This document shows, piece after piece, positions 28,749 to 37,564 of a stretch of DNA of 64,000 bases; positions within the stretch are counted from its first letter, which is position 1, and every line of letters begins with the position of its first letter. Where the stretch lies: positions 64,001-128,000 of the forward strand of contig JBFWRP010000002.1 of assembly GCA_050248855.1 (NCBI GenBank), given 5' to 3'. Below the pieces are notes generated by a model. The model worked only from the letters and a program-made list of their open reading frames with translations, did not search any database and was not told where the DNA came from. Position numbers and translations under genes: made by a program. Origin of the DNA: Planctomycetota bacterium (lineage in GTDB: Bacteria > Planctomycetota > PLA2 > JAEUHO01).

Positions 28749-29120
28749 TCAACGCTCCCCGAACGGCCCGAGGCCGCGGGCAACGGCCCCGGCCTCGGGC
28801 TCGCTCCATGTCTCCCCACCCGCGTCATGCGGCGCCCGGATCGGCCCCTCCTGGAAGAGGATGTCGCGGGCCATGCGATCGAGGGTGGGAAGTCGTCGCC
28901 GCAACCACTCCAAGCACATCATCGCGTGTTCCATCTCCTCCTCCATGTTGTGGAGCAGGATGCCCGCCAAGTCCTCGTCCTGGCAGGCCTCGGCGCGCTG
29001 CTTGTACCAGTCGACGGCCTCGAGCTCCTCGATGAGGCTGACGATGGCACGATGGATGTCGCGCGTCGCCGGCGACAAGTCGCTCGCGGGCTCGTGGTAG
29101 TCCGTGCCGGAGCCGGGCAT
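28749..29120 (-). CDS. Encapsulin-associated ferritin-like protein (EncFtn/Flp)
   Basis: YHEP, RAIVSLIEELEAVDWY.QR, HNMEEEMEHAMMCLEWLRR; directly upstream of the encapsulin gene. Confidence 0.93.
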   Translation of the reverse strand: MPGSGTDYHEPASDLSPATRDIHRAIVSLIEELEAVDWYKQRAEACQDEDLAGILLHNMEEEMEHAMMCLEWLRRRLPTLDRMARDILFQEGPIRAPHDAGGETWSEPEAGAVARGLGPFGER

Positions 29121-29140
29121 GGGCTTGCCTCCTGATGTCG

Positions 29141-30637
29141 CTAGGGTGCGCTCGCCGACTTGACGTCCAGCTCGTTGCGGACGTAGGTCGCGCCCGCATC
29201 CAGGGCGTTCTCGCGCGCGGCCAGTCGCTCCGGCCAGCTGTCGACCGTGCCAGTGAGCGTGGCCACGCCGTCGGACACCTCGATGGTCACCTGTTCGGAC
29301 GTGACGAAGGGGCTCCAGCGGAGCTCGCTGCGGATCGCGTCGCGCAGCTCGGCGTCGGAGCGCAGGGTTCGGATCGGTTCGTGGCCCAGGTCGTACCAGT
29401 CGCACGAACACAGGGTCCAGTCGTCCACGTAGGGACTGTAGGCGTACGGCAAGTCCCGCACGACCAGCCGGTTGGCGATGCGCTTGACGCCCTTGACGCG
29501 CGAGGCGACGTCATCCGCCTCTCCCTTCTCGAACAGCGAGTCGACGACGCCGGACATGTGGACCACGCCACCGCGGACGCGAACGGCAATGTCCTGCCCG
29601 GCCAAGAAGGCGTCTCGGCGGATGGCCTCCCGGACGGCCATCAGGATCTCCGCGTCCGGGACCTCCTCGGGCTGCACGCGAAGATGGTTGACCACGCGAT
29701 GCACGCCCACGGTGTGACGGGCGACTTGCTCCGCGACACGGAGCGCCTTCACGTTGTCCACATGACCGCGGAGCGTGACCGTTCCATCGCCCTCGGCGTC
29801 GATCTCCACGTCGAACGGCTGGACGCGAGGATCCTGCGCAAGGGCCGCTTGGAGGGCGCCCTCGAGCTCCTCCGGGGACTTGAGCACGTACTTCTCGCCG
29901 CGCAGATCGGGGTTGCGCGCCCAGAGCTCGACCTTGAGCTGGGAGTCGTCGACGGCATTCACGCCGGCCGTCCACGCCATCGTGCGGACGATGCGCTTCT
30001 CGGCCGCGCTTCCGACGGTCCCCTTCACGCGGACCAGCCCGCCTTCCGCCGACACCTCGACGAGCGCGTCGTCCACGCGGGCGTCCCAGCGGAGCGCCTG
30101 TTCGATCTCCCGCTGGATCTCGCCGTCGGGTCGCACCTGGGCGAGCTCCACGACGATGTCATTCTGGAGGTCCGTGACGCCGCGCACGCCCTTCGCGACG
30201 CGCTCGGCCAAGCGCTGTTCGTGCCAGGAGTCGACGGTTCCTGCCAGCGTCACGCGGCCCCCGTTGACGCTGACCTTGACCTCGTAGTCGTCCGTGGCCG
30301 GATCGACGAGGAACGCGTGGTGGATGTCGGCCCGGATCTCGTCGTCGGATCGATCCTCGGCAGCTTCCACCTGGATCCGATTGAGGACGGCGCGGACGCC
30401 CTTGACCGTCTCCGCGATGCGCACGGCCCGTTCGCGGGCGAGCAGGTTGTCCACGGAGCCCGTCAGGGTGACGATCCCCTCCGACGTGCTGATGTCGATG
30501 TCGTCGAAGGGCACCGCCCGGTCGGAGATGAGCTCGCGTTCGAGGGCTTGCGTCGTGGCGGAATCGCTCGGCTCGGCGAAGGCCGCGCCGACGGGCAGCG
30601 CGAGGGCCGTGACCAGAAGGGCGATGCGAAGTGACAT
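29141..30637 (-). CDS. Periplasmic multi-BON domain protein (paralog 1)
   Basis: Signal peptide; six repeats of GxVTLxGxV...A...GVxxVxNxL. Confidence 0.93.
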   Translation of the reverse strand: MSLRIALLVTALALPVGAAFAEPSDSATTQALERELISDRAVPFDDIDISTSEGIVTLTGSVDNLLARERAVRIAETVKGVRAVLNRIQVEAAEDRSDDEIRADIHHAFLVDPATDDYEVKVSVNGGRVTLAGTVDSWHEQRLAERVAKGVRGVTDLQNDIVVELAQVRPDGEIQREIEQALRWDARVDDALVEVSAEGGLVRVKGTVGSAAEKRIVRTMAWTAGVNAVDDSQLKVELWARNPDLRGEKYVLKSPEELEGALQAALAQDPRVQPFDVEIDAEGDGTVTLRGHVDNVKALRVAEQVARHTVGVHRVVNHLRVQPEEVPDAEILMAVREAIRRDAFLAGQDIAVRVRGGVVHMSGVVDSLFEKGEADDVASRVKGVKRIANRLVVRDLPYAYSPYVDDWTLCSCDWYDLGHEPIRTLRSDAELRDAIRSELRWSPFVTSEQVTIEVSDGVATLTGTVDSWPERLAARENALDAGATYVRNELDVKSASAP

Positions 30638-30754
30638 GGGGGAGCTCCTGCGTCCTCGGAATGGGGCGCCGCGACCCTTCGAGGAGGAAGCAGGTCGCGA
30701 GCTGGCCATCGGGCTGCGGAAGCTCCGCAGGTGGCCGATCCGTTGATGAACCCC

Positions 30755-30769
30755 GCGATCCGCATGCCA
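30755..30769 (-). promoter_or_regulatory. Sigma-54 promoter (BON paralog 1)
   Basis: Minus strand TGGCATGCGGATCGC. Confidence 0.6.
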
Positions 30770-31013
30770 GTCGGGCCGCGCACCGCGGGACCTGCCCGGA
30801 CGTCCCTTGAGACGTGCGTGGAACGGCGTCAGCGCGGTCGCCAGCTCTTCGGCGTCCACCGCGTCGGCTGGAGGCGAGGGCTCCGATTCGGTTGGCGACC
30901 CATGCTCTCGTGATCGCCGGTGGCGCCAGCCTTGCCTCCTTGAAGGGAACCCGCTTCGGCACGTGCGACGCCGGAGAGGGCGGGCGGATCGCCGCTTGGT
31001 GGTTCGGAGAGGG

Positions 31014-32180
31014 TCAGTGACGGAACACGGCGGCCAGCGGAGCGGCGTCGGGCACGTCCTCATCGGGCACGGCGTACACGGTGCCACCATGCTGGAGCGT
31101 CTGGACCGCCACGACATCCAGGAGATCGCGATCGAAGGGCTGTCGCGTCTCGTGGACTTGCACGAACGGTGCAGGTTCCGCGTCGGATCGGGCCGACGTG
31201 TCGATGCGGCCCCAGAGGTTCTTGCCCGCGGGAAGGAACACGGTGTCGATCCGTCCGTGGAACGCGGCGGGCACGCAGGTCTCGAGGCGGTTGCCCGTTC
31301 GCCCGGTGCCGTGGAGGCCGCGGTACCTGGCCAGGGCCTCGTCCTGCGACTTCCGGAAGTGGGGCTCCACGATCTGCCAAGCACGATCGTGCAGCTCCGC
31401 ATCCGTCAGCTCGTCGACGTTGCCATCGACGCCCGTGGCGTGGAGGCGCGGCAGCTTGCTCACGTCGGCATAGCGCCTCCGTAGTCGCTCGACGCCAGCG
31501 AGCAGGATGGGCGCCTGTTCGCCCAGGAGCAGGTCCTGCAGGCCCTTGTCCACCTTCCTGCAGAAGCGATCGAGGCGGGATCCCTCACCGTCGGCCTTGG
31601 CGCCGTGCCCGTGGAAGATGGCATCGCGCCGCCTTGGCTGGGAGGTGTGGTGCTGCAGCTCCCGCTCCGGATCATCCATCCACAGGGCTTCCTTCAAGCT
31701 GGTCGGCACCTGGGGCAGCGGCACGCGCTCGACCCCTTCGCGTGTTCCCTGCAGGAGGCGTACGTCGTTCTCGCTGAGAGCGAGCACGAAGAAGCGCCCA
31801 TTCCCGCTCAGGAGCGGCAGGAGAGGCTTCACGTGGAACCGGGCATCCACCACCGCCAGCGGCTCGAAGGTCAGCGGAACCCGGAGCTCGCGGACGAAGT
31901 CGCGGGCGCCCAGGAACAGGGCCAGCCCATCGCTCTGGTGCTGCCAGTAGTCCTCGTCCTCGAGAAGCCGGTCGGCCGGCGCCAGGACGGCCACGGCGTC
32001 GCTGGGGCGCGCCAGGTGTTGCTCCAGGCGCTCCCGCGCTTCGGCCAGGACGTTCTTGAACTGGATCCGGTTCTCGCGCGTCTTGGCTCCGGCCCGCTGC
32101 ATGGGCGCGTAGAGCGACACGCAGGGCCCGGGGGGCGAGTCGATGAGAGCCGCGAGGTCAGCGGGAGCAAGCGAAGCCAT
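31014..32180 (-). CDS. baeRF (bacterial archaeo-eukaryotic release factor-like, family 3/7) protein
   Basis: PCVSLYAP, IQFKN, YWQHQSDGLALF, FHVKPLLP, FHGHG, AAFHGRIDTVF, AAVFRH. Confidence 0.85.
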   Translation of the reverse strand: MASLAPADLAALIDSPPGPCVSLYAPMQRAGAKTRENRIQFKNVLAEARERLEQHLARPSDAVAVLAPADRLLEDEDYWQHQSDGLALFLGARDFVRELRVPLTFEPLAVVDARFHVKPLLPLLSGNGRFFVLALSENDVRLLQGTREGVERVPLPQVPTSLKEALWMDDPERELQHHTSQPRRRDAIFHGHGAKADGEGSRLDRFCRKVDKGLQDLLLGEQAPILLAGVERLRRRYADVSKLPRLHATGVDGNVDELTDAELHDRAWQIVEPHFRKSQDEALARYRGLHGTGRTGNRLETCVPAAFHGRIDTVFLPAGKNLWGRIDTSARSDAEPAPFVQVHETRQPFDRDLLDVVAVQTLQHGGTVYAVPDEDVPDAAPLAAVFRH

Positions 32181-32213
32181 GCGTGGTCTCCTGGGACGTC
32201 TCCCGTCGGCACC

Positions 32214-32228
32214 GCAAGCGACGTGCCC
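32214..32228 (-). promoter_or_regulatory. Sigma-54 promoter (baeRF gene)
   Basis: Minus strand GGGCACGTCGCTTGC. Confidence 0.65.
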
Positions 32229-32415
32229 GCCTCGTCGCAACCTCGGCGCAGACCCACCCCACGGGCCTTGCGGAGGTACAGCCTCCGACGCGAGGCGACC
32301 AGGTCGCGCACGGTGTCGACATCGATTCGTGTCATGAGGGGCCTCGCCCCCCGCGGGATCCGCCTGCCTGTGTGGTGCCCGTGCGTGGCCCCATCGCAAG
32401 GAGCATCACCGCATC

Positions 32416-32430
32416 TGGTCGGCCGTTTGC
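32416..32430 (+). promoter_or_regulatory. Candidate sigma-54 promoter (epimerase operon)
   Basis: TGGTCGGCCGTTTGC. Confidence 0.5.
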
Positions 32431-32457
32431 GGGGAGCAACCCAGGAGGTCACCTGCC

Positions 32458-33534
32458 ATGGCACACGTGCCCGACGACGTCGTCTTGATCACCGGGGCCA
32501 GCGGCCTGCTCGGCTCGGCCATCGCAGCGGACCTGGCCAAGGACCACGTGGTCATCGGACTCGATCGGGATGCACCGCCCGAAGGCTGGAAGGGAGCGCA
32601 CCTCGTCCGCGTCGACATGACCGACCCGGAAGGCCTCCGGGATGCCCTGCTGGCCGTCGAGCAGCTCGCCGGCACCCGCTTGGCCAGCGTGATCCATCTC
32701 GCGGCGTACTACGACTTCTCGGGCGAAGACAGCCCCCTGTACGACAAGCTCACGGTCGAAGGCACGCGGCATCTTATCCGTCAGCTGCGCGCGAAGTTCA
32801 GCGTGGAGCAGCTCGTCTTCTCGAGCAGCATGTTGGTCATGAAGCCCGCGGTGCGGGGGCAGCTGATCCGTGAGGAAGCGCCCACGCAGGCAGAGTGGGC
32901 CTACCCGCGCAGCAAGCTGGACGCCGAGGAGGTGGTCCGGGTCGAGCGGGGGGAGATCCCCGGCGTGATCCTCCGGATCGCCGGCGTCTACGACGACCAC
33001 TGCTCCTCGATTCCCATCGCGCAGCAGATCCGTCGCATCTACGAGCGCGATCTCGAGAGCGTGTTCTTCCCGGGGAACGCGCACCATGGCCAGGCGTTCG
33101 TGCACGTGGACGACGTGGTCACGTGCGTGCGCCGCGTGGTCGAGCGACGAAGCGCGCTGGAGGGTCTCGAAGTGTTCCTCGTCGGTGAGTCCGACGTCAT
33201 GTCCTACGGCGAGCTGCAGGATCGGATCGGCGCGCTCGTCCACGGCCGGGAGTGGCCAAGCATCCGCATCCCCTCCTCGCTCGCCAAGGCCGGGGCGTGG
33301 ATCAAGAGCAAGCTCGTTCCCGGGAGCTTCATCAAGCCCTGGATGGTCGACCAGGCCGATGCCCACTACCCAATCTCCATCGAGCGTGCCCGCGAGCGGC
33401 TCGGCTGGGTGCCGCGGCATCGCTTGCGCGAGCGCCTGGGGACGATCGTCCGCAACCTCCAGCTGGATCCGGACGCCTGGTACGAAGCGAACGGCCTGGA
33501 GCCCGCGGCGGCGGCCGCGACCGACGAGGAATGA
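32458..33534 (+). CDS. NAD-dependent epimerase/dehydratase (extended SDR)
   Basis: [22 protein letters not shown]. Confidence 0.93.
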   Translation: MAHVPDDVVLITGASGLLGSAIAADLAKDHVVIGLDRDAPPEGWKGAHLVRVDMTDPEGLRDALLAVEQLAGTRLASVIHLAAYYDFSGEDSPLYDKLTVEGTRHLIRQLRAKFSVEQLVFSSSMLVMKPAVRGQLIREEAPTQAEWAYPRSKLDAEEVVRVERGEIPGVILRIAGVYDDHCSSIPIAQQIRRIYERDLESVFFPGNAHHGQAFVHVDDVVTCVRRVVERRSALEGLEVFLVGESDVMSYGELQDRIGALVHGREWPSIRIPSSLAKAGAWIKSKLVPGSFIKPWMVDQADAHYPISIERARERLGWVPRHRLRERLGTIVRNLQLDPDAWYEANGLEPAAAAATDEE

Positions 33535-34418
33535 GCGCGACGCCGGACCTCGACGCCCATGCGCCGCCGTGGTCGTACAACCCCTCCTCATGGCGGCAGC
33601 GCATTCCCATCTGCGTGCTGGCCGGCGTGGCCACGGCGATCGCCGGCTACATGGCCTGCTACCAGTGGGGGTTGATCTCGACGGTCTGGGACCCCGTGTT
33701 CGGCAAGCAGACGCGGGGCGTCCTGGACTCCGAGGTCGCCGGCACCATGGATGCGTGGTTGCGATTCCCGGACGCGGCCCTCGGAGCGTTCGCCTACCTG
33801 GGCGACCTCGTGTTCGGGCTCGCCGGGTCGACGCGCCGCTGGCAGTACCGACCCTGGCTCGTGATCATCTTCGGCATCGACGTGATCCCGTTGGGCATCG
33901 TGAGCGCCGTGCTCGTGGTCCTGCAGGGCTTCGTCGTCGGCCAGTGGTGCTTCCTCTGCCTCGTCACGGCCGTCATCTCGCTGGTCCTGGTCGTGATGGC
34001 GTATGACGAGGTCTACGCGTCGATCCGCTTCCTGCAGAGGGTCTGGCGGCGGACGAAGAGCCGCCGGGTCCTGTGGGACGTCTTCTGGGGTCGGCCCCAT
34101 CCAGCGGCAGACGCCGTCGCCCTCGAGACGAACGGTACGCCCTGGTGTGGCCGCGCGTCTGCGAGCTCGTGCTGGCGGCCTGGCTCGCGGCCAGCCCCCT
34201 CGTGTTCGCGCGCTCTCCGGGGCCGGCGGCGTGTGGGCACGATCTCCTGTGTGCAGCGGCAATCGCCCTTGCGGCCGGGCTGTCCTTCCATGCTCGCCTA
34301 CGCCGTGCCCACCTTCTGGAGCTGCTCGTGGCGGGCTGGCTCGTCGTCCACGGCTACCTGGAGTCCGCTGGGCTTCCGCGTCCTGGCGCGGCGCAGAACC
34401 ATCTGGCGATCGGGCTGA
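33531..34418 (+). CDS. Vitamin K epoxide reductase (VKOR) family membrane protein; sequence beyond about 34140 is probably spurious
   Basis: [28 protein letters not shown] motif. Confidence 0.85.
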   Translation: MSATPDLDAHAPPWSYNPSSWRQRIPICVLAGVATAIAGYMACYQWGLISTVWDPVFGKQTRGVLDSEVAGTMDAWLRFPDAALGAFAYLGDLVFGLAGSTRRWQYRPWLVIIFGIDVIPLGIVSAVLVVLQGFVVGQWCFLCLVTAVISLVLVVMAYDEVYASIRFLQRVWRRTKSRRVLWDVFWGRPHPAADAVALETNGTPWCGRASASSCWRPGSRPAPSCSRALRGRRRVGTISCVQRQSPLRPGCPSMLAYAVPTFWSCSWRAGSSSTATWSPLGFRVLARRRTIWRSG

Positions 34419-34540
34419 CGCTTCTCCTTCTCGCCGTGCTCCCGAGCGATGCATCGCAGCCCCCCGCCTGGAGGCGTCGCGACGGGGCGGGCGGACCGGC
34501 CGCACACCCGCAGGGCGGAGCCGGAGGCTCCGATCCGTAG
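34145..34540 (+). CDS. SPW-repeat-like membrane protein
   Basis: WLAASPLVF and further TM hairpins; typical partner of epimerase/VKOR genes; overlaps the VKOR ORF tail in another frame. Confidence 0.7.
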   Translation: MWPRVCELVLAAWLAASPLVFARSPGPAACGHDLLCAAAIALAAGLSFHARLRRAHLLELLVAGWLVVHGYLESAGLPRPGAAQNHLAIGLTLLLLAVLPSDASQPPAWRRRDGAGGPAAHPQGGAGGSDP

Positions 34541-34591
34541 CCTGCCGGCGCCGCAAGACGCGCTTCCAGGCCCAGCGCGGGACGGCGCTGA

Positions 34592-34606
34592 CGGCACGCG
34601 GGTTGC
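34592..34606 (+). promoter_or_regulatory. Sigma-54 promoter
   Basis: CGGCACGCGGGTTGC, identical to 37120-37134. Confidence 0.65.
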
Positions 34607-34618
34607 GGATTGGCAACC

Positions 34619-34933
34619 ATGACCGACCGCAAGCCCCCGCGCCGCTCGATCGGGCATATCGCCGCGCGTCTCGAGCAGCATACCGGCCAGGACATGGAGC
34701 ACGAGAGCACCGTGCGCGTGCCGGTGGAGCGCACCGGCGAGATCTGGGAGGTCGGCGTCCACGTGTTCCGCGAGGTCGGCCCGTCACCTCGCCGCACGTG
34801 GTACGCCTGGCGCATGCCCCAGGACGATCAAGTGCTCCTGTGCGCGGTCGCCGCGAGCAAGAGCGTCAAGACGCCGCAGCAGGCCGTCCAGGCAGGCATC
34901 AGCGCCATGGCGCGGGATCCGGACACCCCTTGA
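34619..34933 (+). CDS. Hypothetical protein
   Basis: Compact ORF directly after a sigma-54 motif; host-like codon usage. Confidence 0.65.
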   Translation: MTDRKPPRRSIGHIAARLEQHTGQDMEHESTVRVPVERTGEIWEVGVHVFREVGPSPRRTWYAWRMPQDDQVLLCAVAASKSVKTPQQAVQAGISAMARDPDTP

Positions 34934-35012
34934 TGCGGTCACCGGCCCGCCCCCCTCGTCGATCGGTTCGGCAGGCGCAGCACGGTCCCCCCAGCTGCGA
35001 ACAGGAGGCCCC

Positions 35013-35486
35013 ATGACGACCATCGAGGAGCACGTCGACGTGGAGGTGCCGGCCGCGAGTGCCTACGCCCAGTGGACGCAGTTCGAAGACATGCCGGACT
35101 ACCTGGATCACGTGAGGAGCGTCGAGCAGGTCGACGACAGGCATCTACGCTGGACCCTGCGCACGTCCGACCGCCTCTGGGAGGGCTCCGCCGAGATCAC
35201 GGAGCAGATTCCCGACAAGCGCATCGCCTGGGTGAGCCAGTCCGGGATTCCCAACGCTGGCTGCGTGACGTTCCACCGGCTATCCGACGATGCGTGCCGC
35301 GTGATGCTGCAGATGGAGATCGACGCGGCGGAGGTGCCGGGAAGCAGCGCCAACCCCGCCGAGCGCATCTCGGATCACGTCGCCGCCCACCTCACGCAGT
35401 TCAAGGGCTTCCTCGAGTCGCGCGACGCACCCACCGGGCGCTGGTCCGGTAGCATCCCGTCGCCTGACGAACGCACGACGTCGTAG
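35013..35486 (+). CDS. SRPBCC / polyketide cyclase-like protein
   Basis: AYAQWTQFEDMP, AEITEQIPDKRIAW, NAGCVTFHRL; AGGAGG RBS. Confidence 0.93.
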   Translation: MTTIEEHVDVEVPAASAYAQWTQFEDMPDYLDHVRSVEQVDDRHLRWTLRTSDRLWEGSAEITEQIPDKRIAWVSQSGIPNAGCVTFHRLSDDACRVMLQMEIDAAEVPGSSANPAERISDHVAAHLTQFKGFLESRDAPTGRWSGSIPSPDERTTS

Positions 35487-35497
35487 GCAGGCGTTCG

Positions 35498-36967
35498 TCA
35501 GCGGTAGTCTTCCTTGCGCAGCCCGTGCGCTCGCATCTTCGTGTAGAGGGAGCGAGGGACGATGCCCGCCCGACTCGCGGTCTCGCCGATGCGTCCCTTG
35601 GTTCGACCCAGGAGCCGGTGCAAGTAGGCGCGCTCGAAGTGCCGCACCAACGTTCGGCGCGCCTCCGCAAGCGGCAAGCCCAGCCACTCCTCGCTCCAGG
35701 CCCCCTCCGGGACCGGAGCCCGCGAGCTCGTTCGGTCGCCGTCGTGCGACATGGAGGGGGGCAGCTCGCGTAGACGGATGGCGGAGGAGCGTGCCAACAA
35801 CACGGCGCGCTCGACCACGTTCAGCAGCTCGCGTACGTTGCCCGGCCAGTCATGGGCCATCAGGGCCTCGTGGGCGCGCTGCGTCACGGATCTCACGTGG
35901 GGCCGGGCGTGCTCCTCGGCCAGGCGACGCAGCGCACGCCCGACGATCTCGGGGATGTCCTCGGCCCGCTCCCGCAAGGGGGGAACCTCGAGCGGGACGA
36001 CGTTGAGCCGGTACCAGAGATCCTCGCGGAATCGGCCTTCGCGCACCTCGCGCTGCAAGTCCCGGTTCGTGGCGGCCATGATGCGGCAGTCCACATGGAC
36101 GACGCGATCGCTCCCCAGCGGTCGCACTTCGCGACTCTGGAGGACCGCGAGCAGCTTGGCCTGCAGGTGCAGCGGAAGCTCACCGATCTCATCGAGGAAC
36201 AGCGTCCCCTTGGCGGCCTCGACGAACCGTCCCTGGCGGGCCTTCAGGGCGCCGGTAAAGGCGCCCGCCGTGTGCCCGAACAGCTCGCCCTCGAGCAGGT
36301 TCTCGGGCAGCGCCGCGCAGCTCACCGAAACGAAGGCGCCGGTCTGGAGGCGGCTCTCCTCGTGGATGGCGCGCGCGAGATGCTCCTTGCCGACGCCCGT
36401 CTCGCCCGTGATCAGGAGCGAGGCCCGGCTGTCGGTCACGCGCCGGACCACGTCCATGAACTCCCGCATCTTGTGACTACGGGAGAGGAGCTCGGCGAAG
36501 CTGGGCTGCGCTGACGGATGCTGTCGTCGAGCGCGAAGGCTCGAGCGTGGGGGGGCGGCCTCCTCGAGGCCCAGCTCGCGGATCGCGTCGCCCAAGACCT
36601 CTTCGTCCGCGTCGCATGGCAGCACGCCAGCGGCGCCGGCGGCCAGCAAGTTGGTGTGCTCCAAGGGCTCGATATCGTCATCGAGGATGATGATGGAGGG
36701 TGCATCCGGAGCCTGCGTGGCAGACGCGAGATCCTCGGCCGGGTGGTCGCCCAGCCGGCGGCGCTCCAGCACGACCAGCTCACCGCCCGTATGCAGGAGC
36801 GCGTCCAAGTCGTGCGAGGCATCGACGAGCGTCACGTCGATGTGGTGGGACTTGCAGTAGCTCGATAGACCGGATCGAAGTTCGTTGTGGGGCAGGGCAA
36901 GCGTGATCGTCGCGCGTCCCCCTGGCGTACCAGTCCGAGGGCGGGAACGGGCGCGCTGCAAGGCCAT
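35498..36967 (-). CDS. Sigma-54-dependent transcriptional activator (NtrC/Fis family) with degenerate receiver domain
   Basis: GETGVGKE, GAFTGA, LFLDEIGE, AATNRDL, WPGNVREL and a C-terminal HTH. Start position uncertain. Confidence 0.93.
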   Translation of the reverse strand: MALQRARSRPRTGTPGGRATITLALPHNELRSGLSSYCKSHHIDVTLVDASHDLDALLHTGGELVVLERRRLGDHPAEDLASATQAPDAPSIIILDDDIEPLEHTNLLAAGAAGVLPCDADEEVLGDAIRELGLEEAAPPRSSLRARRQHPSAQPSFAELLSRSHKMREFMDVVRRVTDSRASLLITGETGVGKEHLARAIHEESRLQTGAFVSVSCAALPENLLEGELFGHTAGAFTGALKARQGRFVEAAKGTLFLDEIGELPLHLQAKLLAVLQSREVRPLGSDRVVHVDCRIMAATNRDLQREVREGRFREDLWYRLNVVPLEVPPLRERAEDIPEIVGRALRRLAEEHARPHVRSVTQRAHEALMAHDWPGNVRELLNVVERAVLLARSSAIRLRELPPSMSHDGDRTSSRAPVPEGAWSEEWLGLPLAEARRTLVRHFERAYLHRLLGRTKGRIGETASRAGIVPRSLYTKMRAHGLRKEDYR

Positions 36968-37119
36968 GGGCCCCACCGTAGCCCACCAGCCAGCGACGTG
37001 CCCCCACGAGGCGAGCGCGAGTCGGAACGAGGCGAGGAAGCGTGGCCTGGGGCCCCGGGTGAGCGCGCGTCCGTGGCTCTCGTCCACGCCTTGCGCCGGC
37101 ACACGAGGCGCGCAGGCAA

Positions 37120-37134
37120 CGGCACGCGGGTTGC
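37120..37134 (+). promoter_or_regulatory. Sigma-54 promoter
   Basis: CGGCACGCGGGTTGC. Confidence 0.65.
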
Positions 37135-37147
37135 GCGCACCGACAGC

Positions 37148-37435
37148 ATGGCGCTTCGAGTCCGACCCCTGACGTTCAAGGTGCTCCTCGGTCAGCTCGT
37201 CGCCCTGTTGATCCTCCTCGCCGCCGGTCTTCTCCAGCCCTTCCTGTTGTTCCTGATCGTCGGGCTGGGCGCCATGGTGCTGTTCGTGGCGTGGCTGCTC
37301 GTCCCGCGCATGGCCAAGCCCGAGGAAACGTCCGTGGCGCCGGTCGACGATCCCCAGCGCCCCTCGGATCTCGTGCTCGAGGCGCGCGAGCGCCTGCTGG
37401 ACGAGGCTCGTGACGAGTCGCCGACGGCGAAGTAG
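37148..37435 (+). CDS. Small two-TM membrane protein
   Basis: Hydrophobic hairpin followed by an acidic tail. Confidence 0.7.
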   Translation: MALRVRPLTFKVLLGQLVALLILLAAGLLQPFLLFLIVGLGAMVLFVAWLLVPRMAKPEETSVAPVDDPQRPSDLVLEARERLLDEARDESPTAK

Positions 37436-37564
37436 GACGGCGTAGGCCACGACACCTCGTGGGCATCGACTGCCGAAGGGTTGCCGTGCGGTTGCGTACG
37501 GGGGCGGAAGCGGGCAGGGCCGCCGGGGACGCTTGGCGTCGCCCCGCGGCCGTGCCCGGCCGGC

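Noticed and set aside
30638..31402. Long N-terminal extension of BON paralog 1
   Set aside because: The signal peptide and the alignment with paralog 2 place the start at 30637, and the extension overlaps the baeRF gene.
34983..34998. Sigma-54 promoter for the SRPBCC gene
   Set aside because: The GG-to-GC spacing is 11 nt rather than the required 10.
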